A stretch of DNA of 64,000 nucleotides, from positions 2,336,001 through 2,400,000 of the forward strand of contig OY760074.1 of NCBI GenBank assembly GCA_963663035.1. Direction: 5' to 3'. The position numbers and the translations under genes are program-made. Position 1 is the first letter of the stretch, and each line of letters starts with the position of its first letter. The notes below the pieces were generated by a model. It had not been told where the DNA came from and ran no database searches. It saw only the letters and a list, made by a program, of their open reading frames with translations. Source of the DNA: Acidobacteriota bacterium. Lineage in GTDB: Bacteria > Acidobacteriota > UBA6911 > RPQK01 > JADFOI01. Positions 53,030-64,000 of the stretch are shown here, one piece after another.

Positions 53030-53091
53030 TGTCAGTGGTCAGCTGTCTTAGGTGGTCAGCTGTCAGGTGTCAGCGGTTTCAGGTAGTCAGC
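53030..53091. repeat. Degenerate heptamer repeat (GTCAG core) at the rpoC 3' end
   Basis: TGTCAGTGGTCAGCTGTC...GGTCAGCTGTCAGGTGTCAG; same family as 44491-44539. Confidence 0.7.
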
Positions 53092-56000
53092 TCTTTTTCC
53101 ATGAGGCCCAGGGGCGCTTCTTTCTTTATCAATGCATCCAGCGCCAGGGGTTCTTCTTCTTTTGGTTCCTCGAAGACAGCCTCAACCTCGACGTTGCGAT
53201 AGTATTCCAGACCCGTGCCGGCTGGAATCAACCGACCCATGATGACGTTTTCTTTCAATCCCTGCAGATAGTCAATCTTTCCGCTAATGGCCGCTTCGGT
53301 CAACACGCGGGTTGTTTCCTGGAATGAGGCGGCCGAGATGAAGGAATCGGTACTCAAGGAGGCCTTGGTAATCCCCAGCAGAAGCGGACGTCCCGTAGCC
53401 GGCTTTCCTTTTTCTGCCTTAATCCGCTCGTTCTCCTCCTGGAACAGGAACTTGTCTACTTGCTCCTCCAGCAAAAAGCCCGTATCGCCAACATCTTCAA
53501 CCTTAATCCACCGCATCATCTGGCGGACAATCACCTCGATGTGTTTGTCATTAATGTTGACTCCCTGGAGCCGATAGACCTCCTGGATCTCGTTGACCAG
53601 ATAGCGCCGCAGTTCCTTCTCTCCCAGCACCCGCAGAATGTCGTGAGGATTGCGGGGCCCATCCATTAAGGCCTCACCAGACTTCACATATTCCTTTTCT
53701 TGAACATTCACGTGCACTCCCCGAGGCAAGAGATACTCTGCCTTGGTCTGACTCACTTCATCTTCCACGATAATCTTTCGCTGACCTCTGCTGACCCCTC
53801 CATAGCTAACCACCCCGTCGATCTCCGTAATCACGGCCGGCTCTTTGGGCTTGCGGGCTTCAAAAAGCTCCACCACACGCGGCAAGCCGCCTGTGATGTC
53901 CTTGGTCTTGGTGGTCTCTCTGGGAATCTTGGCCAGAATGTCCCCGGGAAAGACCTCATCCCCAGCATCGATCATCAAGTGGGCTTTGGAAGGAATCATG
54001 TAAGACTTGACGATTTTGCCCTTTTTGTCCTTGATCTGGATCTGCGGCTGGCGCTTCTCATCAGGGAAATCGATAATGACCTTCCGAGCAAGACCGGTCA
54101 CTTCATCAACTTCCTCCTTCATGGTGATACCTTCCACGATGTCCTTGAGGACCACGGTGCCCCCACCCTCGGTGAGGATTGCGAAAGTAAAGGGATCCCA
54201 TTCCAGCAATTTCTGTCCAGGTTTGATCTTTTTGCCCTCCTTGACCATCAGCCTTGCACCATAGATGACCGAATAGCGTTCCTTTTCTCGGCCCTTATCA
54301 TCCTGAACAATGAGACTTCCAGTTCGGTTCATGACCACCAGGAGGCCGTCTTTATCGGTGACCGTCTGGATATTCAAGAAATGAACGACACCTTCGGTCC
54401 TCGCTTCGACGGTGGACTCCTCCTCGATTCGGCTGGCAGTACCTCCAATGTGAAACGTCCTCATGGTGAGCTGAGTCCCGGGTTCTCCAATGGATTGAGC
54501 CGCCAGAACTCCCACGGCCTCGCCCATCTCTACCATCACGCCCGAAGCCAGGTTCCGGCCGTAGCACATTCGGCACAGGCCTCGCTCGCACTTACAGGTT
54601 AAAACGGAGCGGATTAGGATCTTTTCAATTCCGGCTTCCTGAATGGCAGCGGAGGTATCGTCGTCAATCTCCTGATTGATGTCGACCAGCGTATCTCCGG
54701 TAAACGGATCGATCACCTTTTCCAGTGCCACACGTCCAACGATGCGATCCCCCAGCCCTTCGATGATTTCACCACCCTCCACCAGGGCTGTCACCTCAAG
54801 TCCATCCAAGGTCTGGCAGTCCTCTTTGGTAATAATCACGTCTTGAGCCACATCCACGAGGCGACGGGTGAGATAACCTGAGTCAGCGGTTTTAAGAGCC
54901 GTGTCGGCCAGCCCCTTTCGTGCTCCGTGGGTGGAGATAAAGTATTGTAAAACCCCCAGGCCTTCGCGGAAATTCGCTGTAATCGGCGTCTCAATAATTT
55001 CACCCGAAGGCTTGGCCATGAGTCCCCGCATACCCGCCAACTGACGGATCTGCTGCTTGCTGCCCCGGGCGCCTGAGTCGGCCATGACATAAACCGAGTT
55101 GAGCTCTTGGTTGGCTCCCTTCATGAGCGCCATTGCCTCAAACATCTCGTCGGCGATCTCCTCGGTCACATCTGACCAGATTGCCACCACTTTGTTGTAG
55201 CGTTCCCCATTGGTGATAGCACCATCCAGATACTGCTGTTCCACTTCAATCACTTCCCGTCGAGCTGCCTCGACAAGCTCTTCCTTATTCTCGGGGATGA
55301 TGAGATCATCAATACTAATGGTGAAGCCAGCTTTGGTTGCATAGAGAAAGCCTAAATCCTTCAGTTCATCCAACATTGGAACTGCGGTCTCAAGTCCGAA
55401 CCGCAAGTAGCAATAATTGACAAGCTGTTGAAGCCCCTTTTTCTTGAGCAAACCGTTGACGAATGGCATTTCTTCGGGAAGATGGTCGTTAAAAATGACT
55501 CTTCCTACGGTGGTTGCAACCAGCTGGTTGTGAACGAGCTGCACCTCCGCGTGCAGCAGAGCCTGGTTATCGTATTGCTGGGAAAGATCAATCAGTTCTC
55601 CCGAGAAACGCAAGAAGATGGGAGTGAGCAGCTCCACCTCTTTCGCCTCCAAGGCGTGGTAGACCTCCTCTGCGTTTGCAAAGCAACTTCCTTCACCTTT
55701 GGCCCCTGGGCGATCGGTGGTCAAGTAATAGCAACCCAGGACGATATCCTGAGTGGGGACCGCCACGGGCTGTCCATTGGCAGGTGAGAGGACATTGTGG
55801 GTAGCCAGCATCAAGACCGACGCTTCAATCTGTGATTCCTGAGAGAGGGGGACGTGCACGGCCATCTGATCACCGTCGAAATCCGCGTTAAAAGCGGTAC
55901 ACACCAGGGGATGAATCTTGATAGCCCTTCCCTCCACCAGAACCGGCTCAAAGGCCTGAATACCCAGTCGATGCAGCGTGGGGGCCCGGTTTAGAAGGAC

Positions 56001-57266
56001 CGGATGCTGCTGGATCACCTCTTCCAGAATGTCCCACACCACGGGCTCTTGGTTTTCCACCATCTCCTTGGCACCTTTGATGGTGGTAGCATAGCCTTCC
56101 TTTTCCAGGCGATTGTAAATAAAGGGTTTAAACAGCTCGAGTGCCATAATTTTGGGCAGACCGCACTGATTGAGTTTCAGCTCCGGTCCCACCACGATCA
56201 CTGAACGACCCGAATAATCCACGCGCTTGCCCAGGAGGTTCTGGCGAAACCGACCTTGTTTTCCTTTCAAAGTATCTGACAGTGATTTCAGTGGGCGATT
56301 TTTCGCACCCCGTAAGACTCTTCCCCGACGACCGTTGTCGAACAAGGCATCTACGGCTTCCTGGAGCATCCGCTTCTCATTTCGAATGATGACTTCCGGT
56401 GCACGCAGGTCCATGAGCTTTTTCAAGCGATTGTTCCGATTAATGACTCGCCGGTACAGGTCATTGAGATCGGAAGTCGCAAAGCGCCCTCCATCCAGGG
56501 GCACCAGCGGTCGCAACTCGGGAGGAATCACAGGAATGACATCCAGGATCATCCACTCAGCCAGGTTTCCGGACTTCCGGAATGCATCCACCACCTTCAA
56601 GCGCTTGGCATACTTCAGGCGCTTGAGTTGAGAATTTTCATTTTTCATGCGGAAACGCAGATCGATGGAGACGGAATCGACATCGACTCGCCGCACCAAT
56701 CCTTTAATCGTCTCCGCCCCCATTCCAGCCTCAAACTGCCCCGGATACTCTGCCTGCAGAGCGCGATATTTCTCTTCCGTCAGCAGCTCTTTCTCTTTGA
56801 CCGGAGCTTCCCCTGGATCAATGACGACGTACGCTTCAAAGTAGAGGATCCGCTCCAAGTTGCGCAGAGACAAGTCCAGAAGATGCCCGATTCGGCTGGG
56901 AAGTCCCTTAAAAAACCACACATGGGAGCAGGGAGTGGCCAGTTCCACGTGGCCCAAACGCTCCCGACGGACTTTGGAAAGGGTAACCTCCACACCGCAC
57001 TTGTCACAGATCACCCCCCTGTGCTTCATGCGTTTGTATTTTCCACAAAGGCATTCCCAATCCGTGACCGGACCGAAGATACGAGCACAGAAAAGCCCAT
57101 CTCGCTCTGGCTTGAAGGTGCGGTAATTGATCGTCTCCGGCTTGGTGACTTCGCCGCTGGACCAGGAGCGAATCTTCTCCGGAGAAGCCAAACCAATCCG
57201 GATCGCCTCAAAGTTCTTCAAGAGTTGAGTTTTGTCAAGATCACGAAAGAGTCTCAAGTTATTCAC
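53079..57266 (-). CDS. rpoC: RNA polymerase beta' subunit
   Basis: [21 protein letters not shown], zinc-binding Cys motifs. Confidence 0.99.
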   Translation of the reverse strand: MNNLRLFRDLDKTQLLKNFEAIRIGLASPEKIRSWSSGEVTKPETINYRTFKPERDGLFCARIFGPVTDWECLCGKYKRMKHRGVICDKCGVEVTLSKVRRERLGHVELATPCSHVWFFKGLPSRIGHLLDLSLRNLERILYFEAYVVIDPGEAPVKEKELLTEEKYRALQAEYPGQFEAGMGAETIKGLVRRVDVDSVSIDLRFRMKNENSQLKRLKYAKRLKVVDAFRKSGNLAEWMILDVIPVIPPELRPLVPLDGGRFATSDLNDLYRRVINRNNRLKKLMDLRAPEVIIRNEKRMLQEAVDALFDNGRRGRVLRGAKNRPLKSLSDTLKGKQGRFRQNLLGKRVDYSGRSVIVVGPELKLNQCGLPKIMALELFKPFIYNRLEKEGYATTIKGAKEMVENQEPVVWDILEEVIQQHPVLLNRAPTLHRLGIQAFEPVLVEGRAIKIHPLVCTAFNADFDGDQMAVHVPLSQESQIEASVLMLATHNVLSPANGQPVAVPTQDIVLGCYYLTTDRPGAKGEGSCFANAEEVYHALEAKEVELLTPIFLRFSGELIDLSQQYDNQALLHAEVQLVHNQLVATTVGRVIFNDHLPEEMPFVNGLLKKKGLQQLVNYCYLRFGLETAVPMLDELKDLGFLYATKAGFTISIDDLIIPENKEELVEAARREVIEVEQQYLDGAITNGERYNKVVAIWSDVTEEIADEMFEAMALMKGANQELNSVYVMADSGARGSKQQIRQLAGMRGLMAKPSGEIIETPITANFREGLGVLQYFISTHGARKGLADTALKTADSGYLTRRLVDVAQDVIITKEDCQTLDGLEVTALVEGGEIIEGLGDRIVGRVALEKVIDPFTGDTLVDINQEIDDDTSAAIQEAGIEKILIRSVLTCKCERGLCRMCYGRNLASGVMVEMGEAVGVLAAQSIGEPGTQLTMRTFHIGGTASRIEEESTVEARTEGVVHFLNIQTVTDKDGLLVVMNRTGSLIVQDDKGREKERYSVIYGARLMVKEGKKIKPGQKLLEWDPFTFAILTEGGGTVVLKDIVEGITMKEEVDEVTGLARKVIIDFPDEKRQPQIQIKDKKGKIVKSYMIPSKAHLMIDAGDEVFPGDILAKIPRETTKTKDITGGLPRVVELFEARKPKEPAVITEIDGVVSYGGVSRGQRKIIVEDEVSQTKAEYLLPRGVHVNVQEKEYVKSGEALMDGPRNPHDILRVLGEKELRRYLVNEIQEVYRLQGVNINDKHIEVIVRQMMRWIKVEDVGDTGFLLEEQVDKFLFQEENERIKAEKGKPATGRPLLLGITKASLSTDSFISAASFQETTRVLTEAAISGKIDYLQGLKENVIMGRLIPAGTGLEYYRNVEVEAVFEEPKEEEPLALDALIKKEAPLGLMEKELTT

Positions 57267-57276
57267 CTTCTTTCAT

Positions 57277-60200
57277 TCACTCTGTCTCCGCCGTTGCACC
57301 ACTGAGCGCTTTCTCTGCCTCCACGAGCATCTCGGAGCGCCGACGAGTTATCTTCTTAGGTTTTTCTATCAATTCCACATCCAAAGCCAGGGACTGGAGT
57401 TCCCGGATCAAGACATTGAATGACTCTGGAATTCCCGGATTATAAGTGGACTCACCCTTCACAATCGCCTCATAAATCTTGGCTCGGCCCTGCACATCAT
57501 CCGATTTTGCGGTCAACAACTCCTGAAGGATGTTAGCGGCTCCATAGGCTTCCAGCGCCCAAACTTCCATTTCTCCGAAGCGCTGACCGCCGAACTGTGC
57601 CTTACCGCCCAGAGGCTGTTGGGTAATGAGGCTGTAGGGTCCGATGGAGCGAGCGTGAATCTTATCGTCCACCAGATGACTGAGTTTGAGAATGTAAATG
57701 TAGCCAACCGTAACTTCCTGATCAAAAGGTTCGCCCGTCATGCCATCACTAAGTATCGTCTTCCCGTTTATGGGCAGGTTAGCTTTCTTCAATTCCTCCT
57801 TGATCTCATGCTCGCGGGCACCGTCAAAGACAGGGGTGGCATACTGCAGTCCCAGAGCTTTTGCAGCCCATCCTAGATGGGTCTCCAGGATTTGTCCCAC
57901 GTTCATGCGGGAGGGAACTCCCAGAGGATTCAACACGATCTCCACAGGAGTTCCATCGGGAAGATAGGGCATATCCTCTTCGGGAACAATCCGGGCGATC
58001 ACTCCCTTGTTCCCGTGGCGCCCAGCCATCTTGTCGCCGACTGAAAGTTTCCGTTTCATGGCCACGTAAACTTTGACCATCTTGATGACTCCAGGCAGTA
58101 ATTCATCGCCCTTCTCCATCCGGCTCAGCCGTTCCTCATGCAGGGTGCGCAGAATTTCGACCTGACGGTCTGTCTTGACCTCGATTTGAGAAAGCTCTTT
58201 TTGGGCGCTTTTTCCTGTGATTCCAATTCTTCTCAGTACCTGGTAGCTGAGACCGTCCAAAACCTTGCTGTTCAGTCTTCCGCCTTTCTTGGCAACCACC
58301 TTTCCAGCCTCATCGACCACCTTGCTGGTAGTAGTCTTCCCGGTTAAAACATCTACAATCCACTTACTGCTCTCTTCCCTCAGAATTCGAATTTCATCTT
58401 CCAGGTCCTTCTCCAAGCGCTCAATTTCCTCTAGCTCTATTTGGCGGGCTCTCCCGTCCTTGGTCACACCCTTTCGAGCAAAGATCCTGACATCGACAAC
58501 TGTGCCCTCAATTCCAGGGGGTGTGTAAAGCGAAGCGTCCTTGACTTCTCCTGCCTTCTCGCCAAAGATCGCCCGCAGCAACTTTTCTTCGGGTGTCAGT
58601 TGAGTTTCACCCTTGGGCGTAACCTTTCCAACTAAAATTCCACCCGGCCGGATCTTGGCACCGATGCGGATGACTCCACTCTCATCCAGATCGGTTAGAA
58701 TCGACTCACTGACATTGGGAATGTCTCGAGTGATCTCTTCTGGACCAAGCTTGGTATCGCGGGCCTCGACATCCAGTTCTTCAATATGGATCGAGGTGTA
58801 CAGGTCCTCCTTGACCAGACGTTCACTGACCAGAATCGCATCTTCAAAGTTGTAGCCTCTCCAGGACATAAATGCCACCAGGACATTTCTTCCCAGTGCC
58901 AACTCCCCTTTTTCGGTACAAGGACCATCAGCCAGTACCTGACCTCTTTCAACACGGTCACCTTTTTGGACCAAGGGTTTGTGATTGATACAGGTGTTTT
59001 GATTCGAGCGCTTGAACTTGGTCAGCTTGTAAATATCCACACCCGCGTCTCGAGTCTTCTCTCCATCTTCAGCCAGGACACGCACAATGATCCGTTCTGC
59101 GTCGACGCTGTCCACCATGCCTGCCCGCCGACACAGCAGGACTGCTCCTGAGTCTCGGGCGGCAATGTATTCCATTCCCGTACCCACAAGAGGCGCTTCC
59201 GCCTGAACCAAGGGCACCCCCTGCCGCTGCATATTCGATCCCATCAGGGCTCGGTTCGCATCATCGTTTTCCAAGAATGGGATCAAGCTTGCTGCTACAC
59301 TCACGAGCTGCTTGGGACTCACGTCCACGTACTCAACTTCATCTCTTGGGACAAGAAGAAAGTTACCCTGGTGACGAGCACTGACCCGCTCGCGTACAAT
59401 CCGCTGTTTTTTGTCCACTTGGACATTGGCCTGAGCGATGACGTGTTTATCTTCCTCCCAGGCCGTCAAGTAGAAGGCATGGGTCTCGTATTCGGCCGGT
59501 CGCTTCCTCCCCGTCATCTTCTTGTTGGCCGCATCCACTTGCTTCAGCTTATAGACGTCACCTACCTTGAACTTGGTGCTTCCCGCATTGGTGATCTTGG
59601 CATAGTCCACAATGGTCCCCGAGACAATCTTGCGGTAGGGCGATTCGATGAATCCGAACTCGTCAATTTGTGCATAGCAGCTCAAGGAAGAGATCAGGCC
59701 AATATTGGGCCCTTCCGGAGTCTCAACCGGACAGATTCGCCCATAGTGGGTCGGATGAACATCCCGCACCTCAAATCCTGCCCTCTCTCGGCTCAACCCC
59801 CCTGGACCCAATGCAGAGAGCCGTCTTTTATGGGTAATTTCCGAGAGTGGATTAGTCTGGTCCATAAACTGGGAGAGTTGGCTGCTGCCGAAGAACTCAC
59901 GAATGGCGGCCATAACGGGCTTGGCGTTGATCAGGTCGTGAGGCATGGCGGTAGCCATTTCCTGATGAACGGACATCTTCTCCTTAATCGCCCTTTCCAT
60001 CCTCACCAGACCGATTCGGAACTGATTCTCCAACAGCTCACCGACGGCTCGAACGCGACGGTTCCCCAGATGATCAATATCGTCTACAGTCCCAATATTT
60101 TTCTTCAACTTCAGCAGATAAGCGATCACATGATAAAAATCCTCAGGCGTAAGAGTCCGTTCATCCAGGGAAGTATCCAGGCCCAGCTTAATATTGAATT

Positions 60201-61602
60201 TCAGTCGGCCCACACGGGAAAAATCATATTTCCTGGAATCGAAAAACATCCCGTGAAACAGGGCAGTGGCGGTCTCGGTGGTGGGAGGATCACCTGGACG
60301 CTGCTTGCGATAGATCTCAATCAGAGCATCGTTGCTGTTTTTCACCTGATCCTTCGCTAAAGTAGCGGAGAGCACCTCGCCCACATCATCGCGTTCAGGA
60401 AAGAAAATGGAAAACTTTCCAATACCGGCTTCGATCAAAGAGTTGACGACGGCTCCCGTTACCTCGGCATTCGCTTCCAGAAGAATCTCGCCAGAGGAGG
60501 AATCCACCACTCCGTCACCTGCAAAAGCTCCTTCCAGATCTTCAATTCCAATCTCCACCTCTTTGACTTTTGCTTTCTTGAGCTTGGCAAAGGCTACCTG
60601 AGTGAACTTTTTCCCGGCGCCAACCAGAACGGATTTCTTTTTGCCCGGGGTCGGGATATTCTTGCTCAACTTGCTTCCGACGAGATTCTCATCGAGCTTC
60701 CAGAACAGCTTTTTTCCTCTGACCGTGATGGCTGAAATCTTGTAGAAGGTTTTCAGGATTTCTTCATCTGAACCCAAACCCAAGGCACGCAAGAAGGCGG
60801 TGGCCAGAAACTTCCGCTTCCGATCAATGCGCACATACAAGAGATTTTTACTATCGTATTCAAACTCGACCCACGAACCCCGGTAGGGAATGATTTTGGC
60901 CAAGAAGTAACTCTTCAGGGCTCCTGACTCAAAGAAAACACCGGGTGAACGGTGAAGCTGACTGACAATCACGCGTTCCGTGCCATTGATGATGAAGATT
61001 CCGTTTTCAGTCATTAAGGGGAGATCCCCGAAGTAGACTTCCTGCTCCTTAATGTCGCGAATGGTTTTGACGTCCGTATCTTTGTCCTTGTCCCAGACCA
61101 CCAGGCGAATGGTCACCTTCAAGGGGGCGGAATAACTCATACCCCGCTCCTTGCATTCATCGATGTTGTACTTCAGGTTCAGCTGGACCGGATCCCCGCA
61201 GTCGTCACACCGTTCGACTTCATTGGAGTTTTTGGACCCGCAGTGCTGGCAAATAAGGTCCTCGATTTCTAATGGGTTAAAGCCCAGCGTCGCTCCGCAC
61301 TTGCGGCATTTCCCGCGCAGGTGCTCAAGTCCTTTCAACTTCCCACACTTGCATTCCCAATCGCCAATAGCATAATCCACAAACTCCAGTGAGGAGGTGC
61401 CGCGGAAATCGCTAATCGGAAAAACAGAATGAAACACCGATTGCAGCCCAAAATCCTCCCGCTCAGCGGGCAACAGATCCATCTGGAGGAATCGCCGGTA
61501 GGACTTCTTCTGGACTTTCAGCAAGTTGGGTATTGGGAAAAAAGACTTTCTTTTCGAAAAGTCCACTCTCTCCCGATAGACATTTTTCAGCTGATTAAAC
61601 AT
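57277..61602 (-). CDS. rpoB: RNA polymerase beta subunit
   Basis: [42 protein letters not shown]. Confidence 0.99.
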   Translation of the reverse strand: MFNQLKNVYRERVDFSKRKSFFPIPNLLKVQKKSYRRFLQMDLLPAEREDFGLQSVFHSVFPISDFRGTSSLEFVDYAIGDWECKCGKLKGLEHLRGKCRKCGATLGFNPLEIEDLICQHCGSKNSNEVERCDDCGDPVQLNLKYNIDECKERGMSYSAPLKVTIRLVVWDKDKDTDVKTIRDIKEQEVYFGDLPLMTENGIFIINGTERVIVSQLHRSPGVFFESGALKSYFLAKIIPYRGSWVEFEYDSKNLLYVRIDRKRKFLATAFLRALGLGSDEEILKTFYKISAITVRGKKLFWKLDENLVGSKLSKNIPTPGKKKSVLVGAGKKFTQVAFAKLKKAKVKEVEIGIEDLEGAFAGDGVVDSSSGEILLEANAEVTGAVVNSLIEAGIGKFSIFFPERDDVGEVLSATLAKDQVKNSNDALIEIYRKQRPGDPPTTETATALFHGMFFDSRKYDFSRVGRLKFNIKLGLDTSLDERTLTPEDFYHVIAYLLKLKKNIGTVDDIDHLGNRRVRAVGELLENQFRIGLVRMERAIKEKMSVHQEMATAMPHDLINAKPVMAAIREFFGSSQLSQFMDQTNPLSEITHKRRLSALGPGGLSRERAGFEVRDVHPTHYGRICPVETPEGPNIGLISSLSCYAQIDEFGFIESPYRKIVSGTIVDYAKITNAGSTKFKVGDVYKLKQVDAANKKMTGRKRPAEYETHAFYLTAWEEDKHVIAQANVQVDKKQRIVRERVSARHQGNFLLVPRDEVEYVDVSPKQLVSVAASLIPFLENDDANRALMGSNMQRQGVPLVQAEAPLVGTGMEYIAARDSGAVLLCRRAGMVDSVDAERIIVRVLAEDGEKTRDAGVDIYKLTKFKRSNQNTCINHKPLVQKGDRVERGQVLADGPCTEKGELALGRNVLVAFMSWRGYNFEDAILVSERLVKEDLYTSIHIEELDVEARDTKLGPEEITRDIPNVSESILTDLDESGVIRIGAKIRPGGILVGKVTPKGETQLTPEEKLLRAIFGEKAGEVKDASLYTPPGIEGTVVDVRIFARKGVTKDGRARQIELEEIERLEKDLEDEIRILREESSKWIVDVLTGKTTTSKVVDEAGKVVAKKGGRLNSKVLDGLSYQVLRRIGITGKSAQKELSQIEVKTDRQVEILRTLHEERLSRMEKGDELLPGVIKMVKVYVAMKRKLSVGDKMAGRHGNKGVIARIVPEEDMPYLPDGTPVEIVLNPLGVPSRMNVGQILETHLGWAAKALGLQYATPVFDGAREHEIKEELKKANLPINGKTILSDGMTGEPFDQEVTVGYIYILKLSHLVDDKIHARSIGPYSLITQQPLGGKAQFGGQRFGEMEVWALEAYGAANILQELLTAKSDDVQGRAKIYEAIVKGESTYNPGIPESFNVLIRELQSLALDVELIEKPKKITRRRSEMLVEAEKALSGATAETE

Positions 61603-61915
61603 GCCTGCAAGCTCCCCCTGAGATAATGATTGTTCTAGATAATCTTGGCTGCCACGCGAAATCTGACCTTAAACACGTGGGGATATAGCGGAACGCACGG
61701 AGAAAAGAGAGCAGAGAAAACTCCCAACCGCTTTAGTTTTTAAGCGTTAGCGTCTAAAGGTCCCAGACCAATTCTTAAAGACAAAAAAACAAAAAGGAGA
61801 CACAAATCCCCTTCGGTCCATCTTGACTATGCACACTCTATCTTGAGATCGGATAGTTTATCATACTTTTGGGGGGGGTGACAAGAGCTGGGTTCTTGTC
61901 CGATTGACCCACTGC

Positions 61916-62305
61916 TCATTTGATCTCGACCGTCGCTCCGACTTCTTCAAATTTCTTTTTGATCTCCTCAGCTTCTTCTTTGCTGACACCCTCTTTGATC
62001 GCCTTAGGAGCTGCTTCCACAAGGTCTTTCGCCTCTTTGAGACCCAGGCTGGTGACCTCGCGAACGGCCTTAATCACGTTGATCTTCTTGTCACCGACTG
62101 CGGTCAAGAGGGCCTCAAACTCCGACTGTTCCTCAACTGCACCTGCCTCGCCCCCAGCTCCCCCAGCCGCAGCCCCGGCCACTGCCACAGGCCCGGCCAT
62201 GGCAGTGATTCCAAACTTCTCTTCCAACTCCGTCACCAAGTGGTTAATGTCCACAATTGATGCCCCTTCGATCCAGCCCATCACATCATCTCGAGTAATC
62301 GCCAT
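61916..62305 (-). CDS. rplL: 50S ribosomal protein L7/L12
   Basis: [24 protein letters not shown]. Confidence 0.98.
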   Translation of the reverse strand: MAITRDDVMGWIEGASIVDINHLVTELEEKFGITAMAGPVAVAGAAAGGAGGEAGAVEEQSEFEALLTAVGDKKINVIKAVREVTSLGLKEAKDLVEAAPKAIKEGVSKEEAEEIKKKFEEVGATVEIK

Positions 62306-62331
62306 TGCGAATCCTCCCCTATTAGTTAAGT

Positions 62332-62847
62332 TTATTCCTTCTTCTCTGCCAATTGCTTCAGAACTGAAGCCAGTCCGCTGAGCGGTGACTGCAGAGCAGT
62401 GACCAGCTTCACCAGCGGAGCATTCAGGAGATATACAAGCTTCGCCAGCTGCTCGGGTCGGGAAGCCATTTTCGCCAGATGTTCCACATCACTCGCCGAG
62501 AAGACTTCGCCATCCACAAACCCGGCTTTGAAGTTCACGTCTGGGTGTTCTTTGATGAACCGTTTGACTACTTTTGCCAGTGCCACCGGATCCCCAACTG
62601 TGTAGGCAATGGCCGTTGGCCCCTGAAAATGCTCCCGCAGCGGCTCCAGCGATGTCTCCTCAAGAGCCCGCAAAGCGAGCCTATTTTTCACAACCTGGTA
62701 CCCGCTGTCCACTTTGGAGATCTGGCGACGCAGCTCACTCTCCTCCAAAACATTCACGCCTTTGAAATGGATCAACAAGATGCTCTTGTTCGCTTTGAAC
62801 GTCGTGTTGAGTTCCTCAATCAAACTCTGTTTCTGGTCTCTGTTCAT
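62332..62847 (-). CDS. rplJ: 50S ribosomal protein L10
   Basis: MNRDQKQ...VVKNRLA...GPTAIAY; ATG at 62847 preceded by RBS GGAGG. Confidence 0.95.
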   Translation of the reverse strand: MNRDQKQSLIEELNTTFKANKSILLIHFKGVNVLEESELRRQISKVDSGYQVVKNRLALRALEETSLEPLREHFQGPTAIAYTVGDPVALAKVVKRFIKEHPDVNFKAGFVDGEVFSASDVEHLAKMASRPEQLAKLVYLLNAPLVKLVTALQSPLSGLASVLKQLAEKKE

Positions 62848-62848
62848 G

Positions 62849-63553
62849 TCAGTCGCTGCCTCCTCCAATACCCTCCACTTGTGCCAGACTGACCTTGATT
62901 CCCGGACCCATTGTGGATGAGACAACAACCCCCCGCAGATATCGGCCCTTTGCAGAAGCCGGTTTCGCCCGAAGCACAGCCTCAAGCAGACTGCGAGCGT
63001 TTTGAGTCAACTGGTCCCCGGTGAAGGACATTTTCCCAAAGGGGGCATGGATAATACCATTTTTGTCAACTCGGAACTCAACTTTTCCAGCTTTGATATC
63101 GGCTACTGCCTTTCCCACCTCAAAGGTCACCGTTCCCACCTTTGGATTCGGCATCAATCCTCTGGGACCCAGCACTCGACCCAATTTCCCAACGGATTTC
63201 ATCACGTCCGGTGTCGCCACCACGGCATCAAAGTCCATCCAGCCGCCCTGAATCTTGCTCACCAGGTCATCACCCCCCACAATCTCGGCACCCGCTTCTT
63301 CGGCTTCTTTCACCTTGTCGGCTGAGGCAATAACGCAGACTCGAACCTTCTTGCCCAGACCATTGGGGAGAACCACTGTCCCGCGAACCATCTGATCAGC
63401 ATGTCTGGGATCCACACCCAGTCGAACCGCCAGCTCGGCCGTTTCGTCAAAGCCGGCAAATTTGACCTCCTGCATCAGGTTGATCGCATCTTCCAGCGTC
63501 CGGTCTGCTTCTTGTACCTGTTCTTTGGCCGCTTTGTATTTCTTCCCTGACAT
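62849..63553 (-). CDS. rplA: 50S ribosomal protein L1
   Basis: [32 protein letters not shown]. Confidence 0.98.
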   Translation of the reverse strand: MSGKKYKAAKEQVQEADRTLEDAINLMQEVKFAGFDETAELAVRLGVDPRHADQMVRGTVVLPNGLGKKVRVCVIASADKVKEAEEAGAEIVGGDDLVSKIQGGWMDFDAVVATPDVMKSVGKLGRVLGPRGLMPNPKVGTVTFEVGKAVADIKAGKVEFRVDKNGIIHAPFGKMSFTGDQLTQNARSLLEAVLRAKPASAKGRYLRGVVVSSTMGPGIKVSLAQVEGIGGGSD

Positions 63554-63559
63554 CGACTT

Positions 63560-63985
63560 CTACTCTTTGACCTCCACTCCCATGCTGCGAGCAGTCCCCA
63601 TAATAATCCGTGAAGCCGCTTCCAGGTCGTTGGCCGTCAAATCTACCATTTTTGTCTTAGCGATCTCTTCCACCTGTTTCATGCTCACCTGCGCCACTTT
63701 GTCCTTATTGGGCTCAGCAGATCCCTTGGCGATTCCCGCCGCCCGCTTCAAAAGCACCGCCGCAGGTGGTGTTTTCGTCACAAAAGAGTAGCTTCGATCC
63801 TGGTAGACCGTAACGACCGCCGGAATAATCAATCCCTCCTGGTTTTGGGTCTTGGCGTTGAAGGCCTTACAGAAATCCATGATATTAACGCCATGCTGAC
63901 CCAGGGCAGGACCCACCGGGGGGGCGGGTGTCGCCTTTCCAGCCGGAATTTGCAACTTAATCAATCCGAGTACTTTCTTGGCCAT
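63560..63985 (-). CDS. rplK: 50S ribosomal protein L11
   Basis: [23 protein letters not shown]. Confidence 0.98.
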   Translation of the reverse strand: MAKKVLGLIKLQIPAGKATPAPPVGPALGQHGVNIMDFCKAFNAKTQNQEGLIIPAVVTVYQDRSYSFVTKTPPAAVLLKRAAGIAKGSAEPNKDKVAQVSMKQVEEIAKTKMVDLTANDLEAASRIIMGTARSMGVEVKE

Positions 63986-64000
63986 AGATTCCTCACATCT

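Noticed and set aside
62848-62985. 217-aa version of rplJ
   Set aside because: The extension overlaps rplA; the ATG at 62847 has an RBS and gives normal L10 length.

Overview
Bacterial chromosomal segment, probably Acidobacteriota (inferred from the 16S 5' motif CTCAGAATCAACG and gene content). The right part (37-64 kb) is mostly core genome, largely on the minus strand: rplK-rplA-rplJ-rplL-rpoB-rpoC, a type IV pilus locus (pilA, pilR, pilS and an IS-truncated pilC), a UbiA-family gene, hydantoinase B, menC, mnmA, lpxB, an M1-like/TPR protein, and a 16S rRNA plus tRNA-Ala(TGC) with no 23S rRNA following. The left part (1-37 kb) is accessory and rich in IS elements: one IS1380, three full IS3 copies across the window plus one internally deleted copy, two IS256, two IS481-like elements, several MITEs and pseudogenes. 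The most striking structure is a tandem array of three integrase-less islands (about 15, 2.8 and 0.8 kb) downstream of tRNA-Ala. Each ends in an exact 49-bp copy of the tRNA 3' part plus a conserved att-like arm. In two of them the arm is fused to a solo transposon end (...TTTTTCGGGGGGACA) at the point where the cargo changes. Other notable cargo: a GGDEF-STAND-ATPase-HEAT protein next to a PilZ gene, a phosphodiesterase/sulfotransferase operon, two TA-like pairs, and a probable stranded integron cassette. All calls come from reading the sequence by eye; no searches were run.
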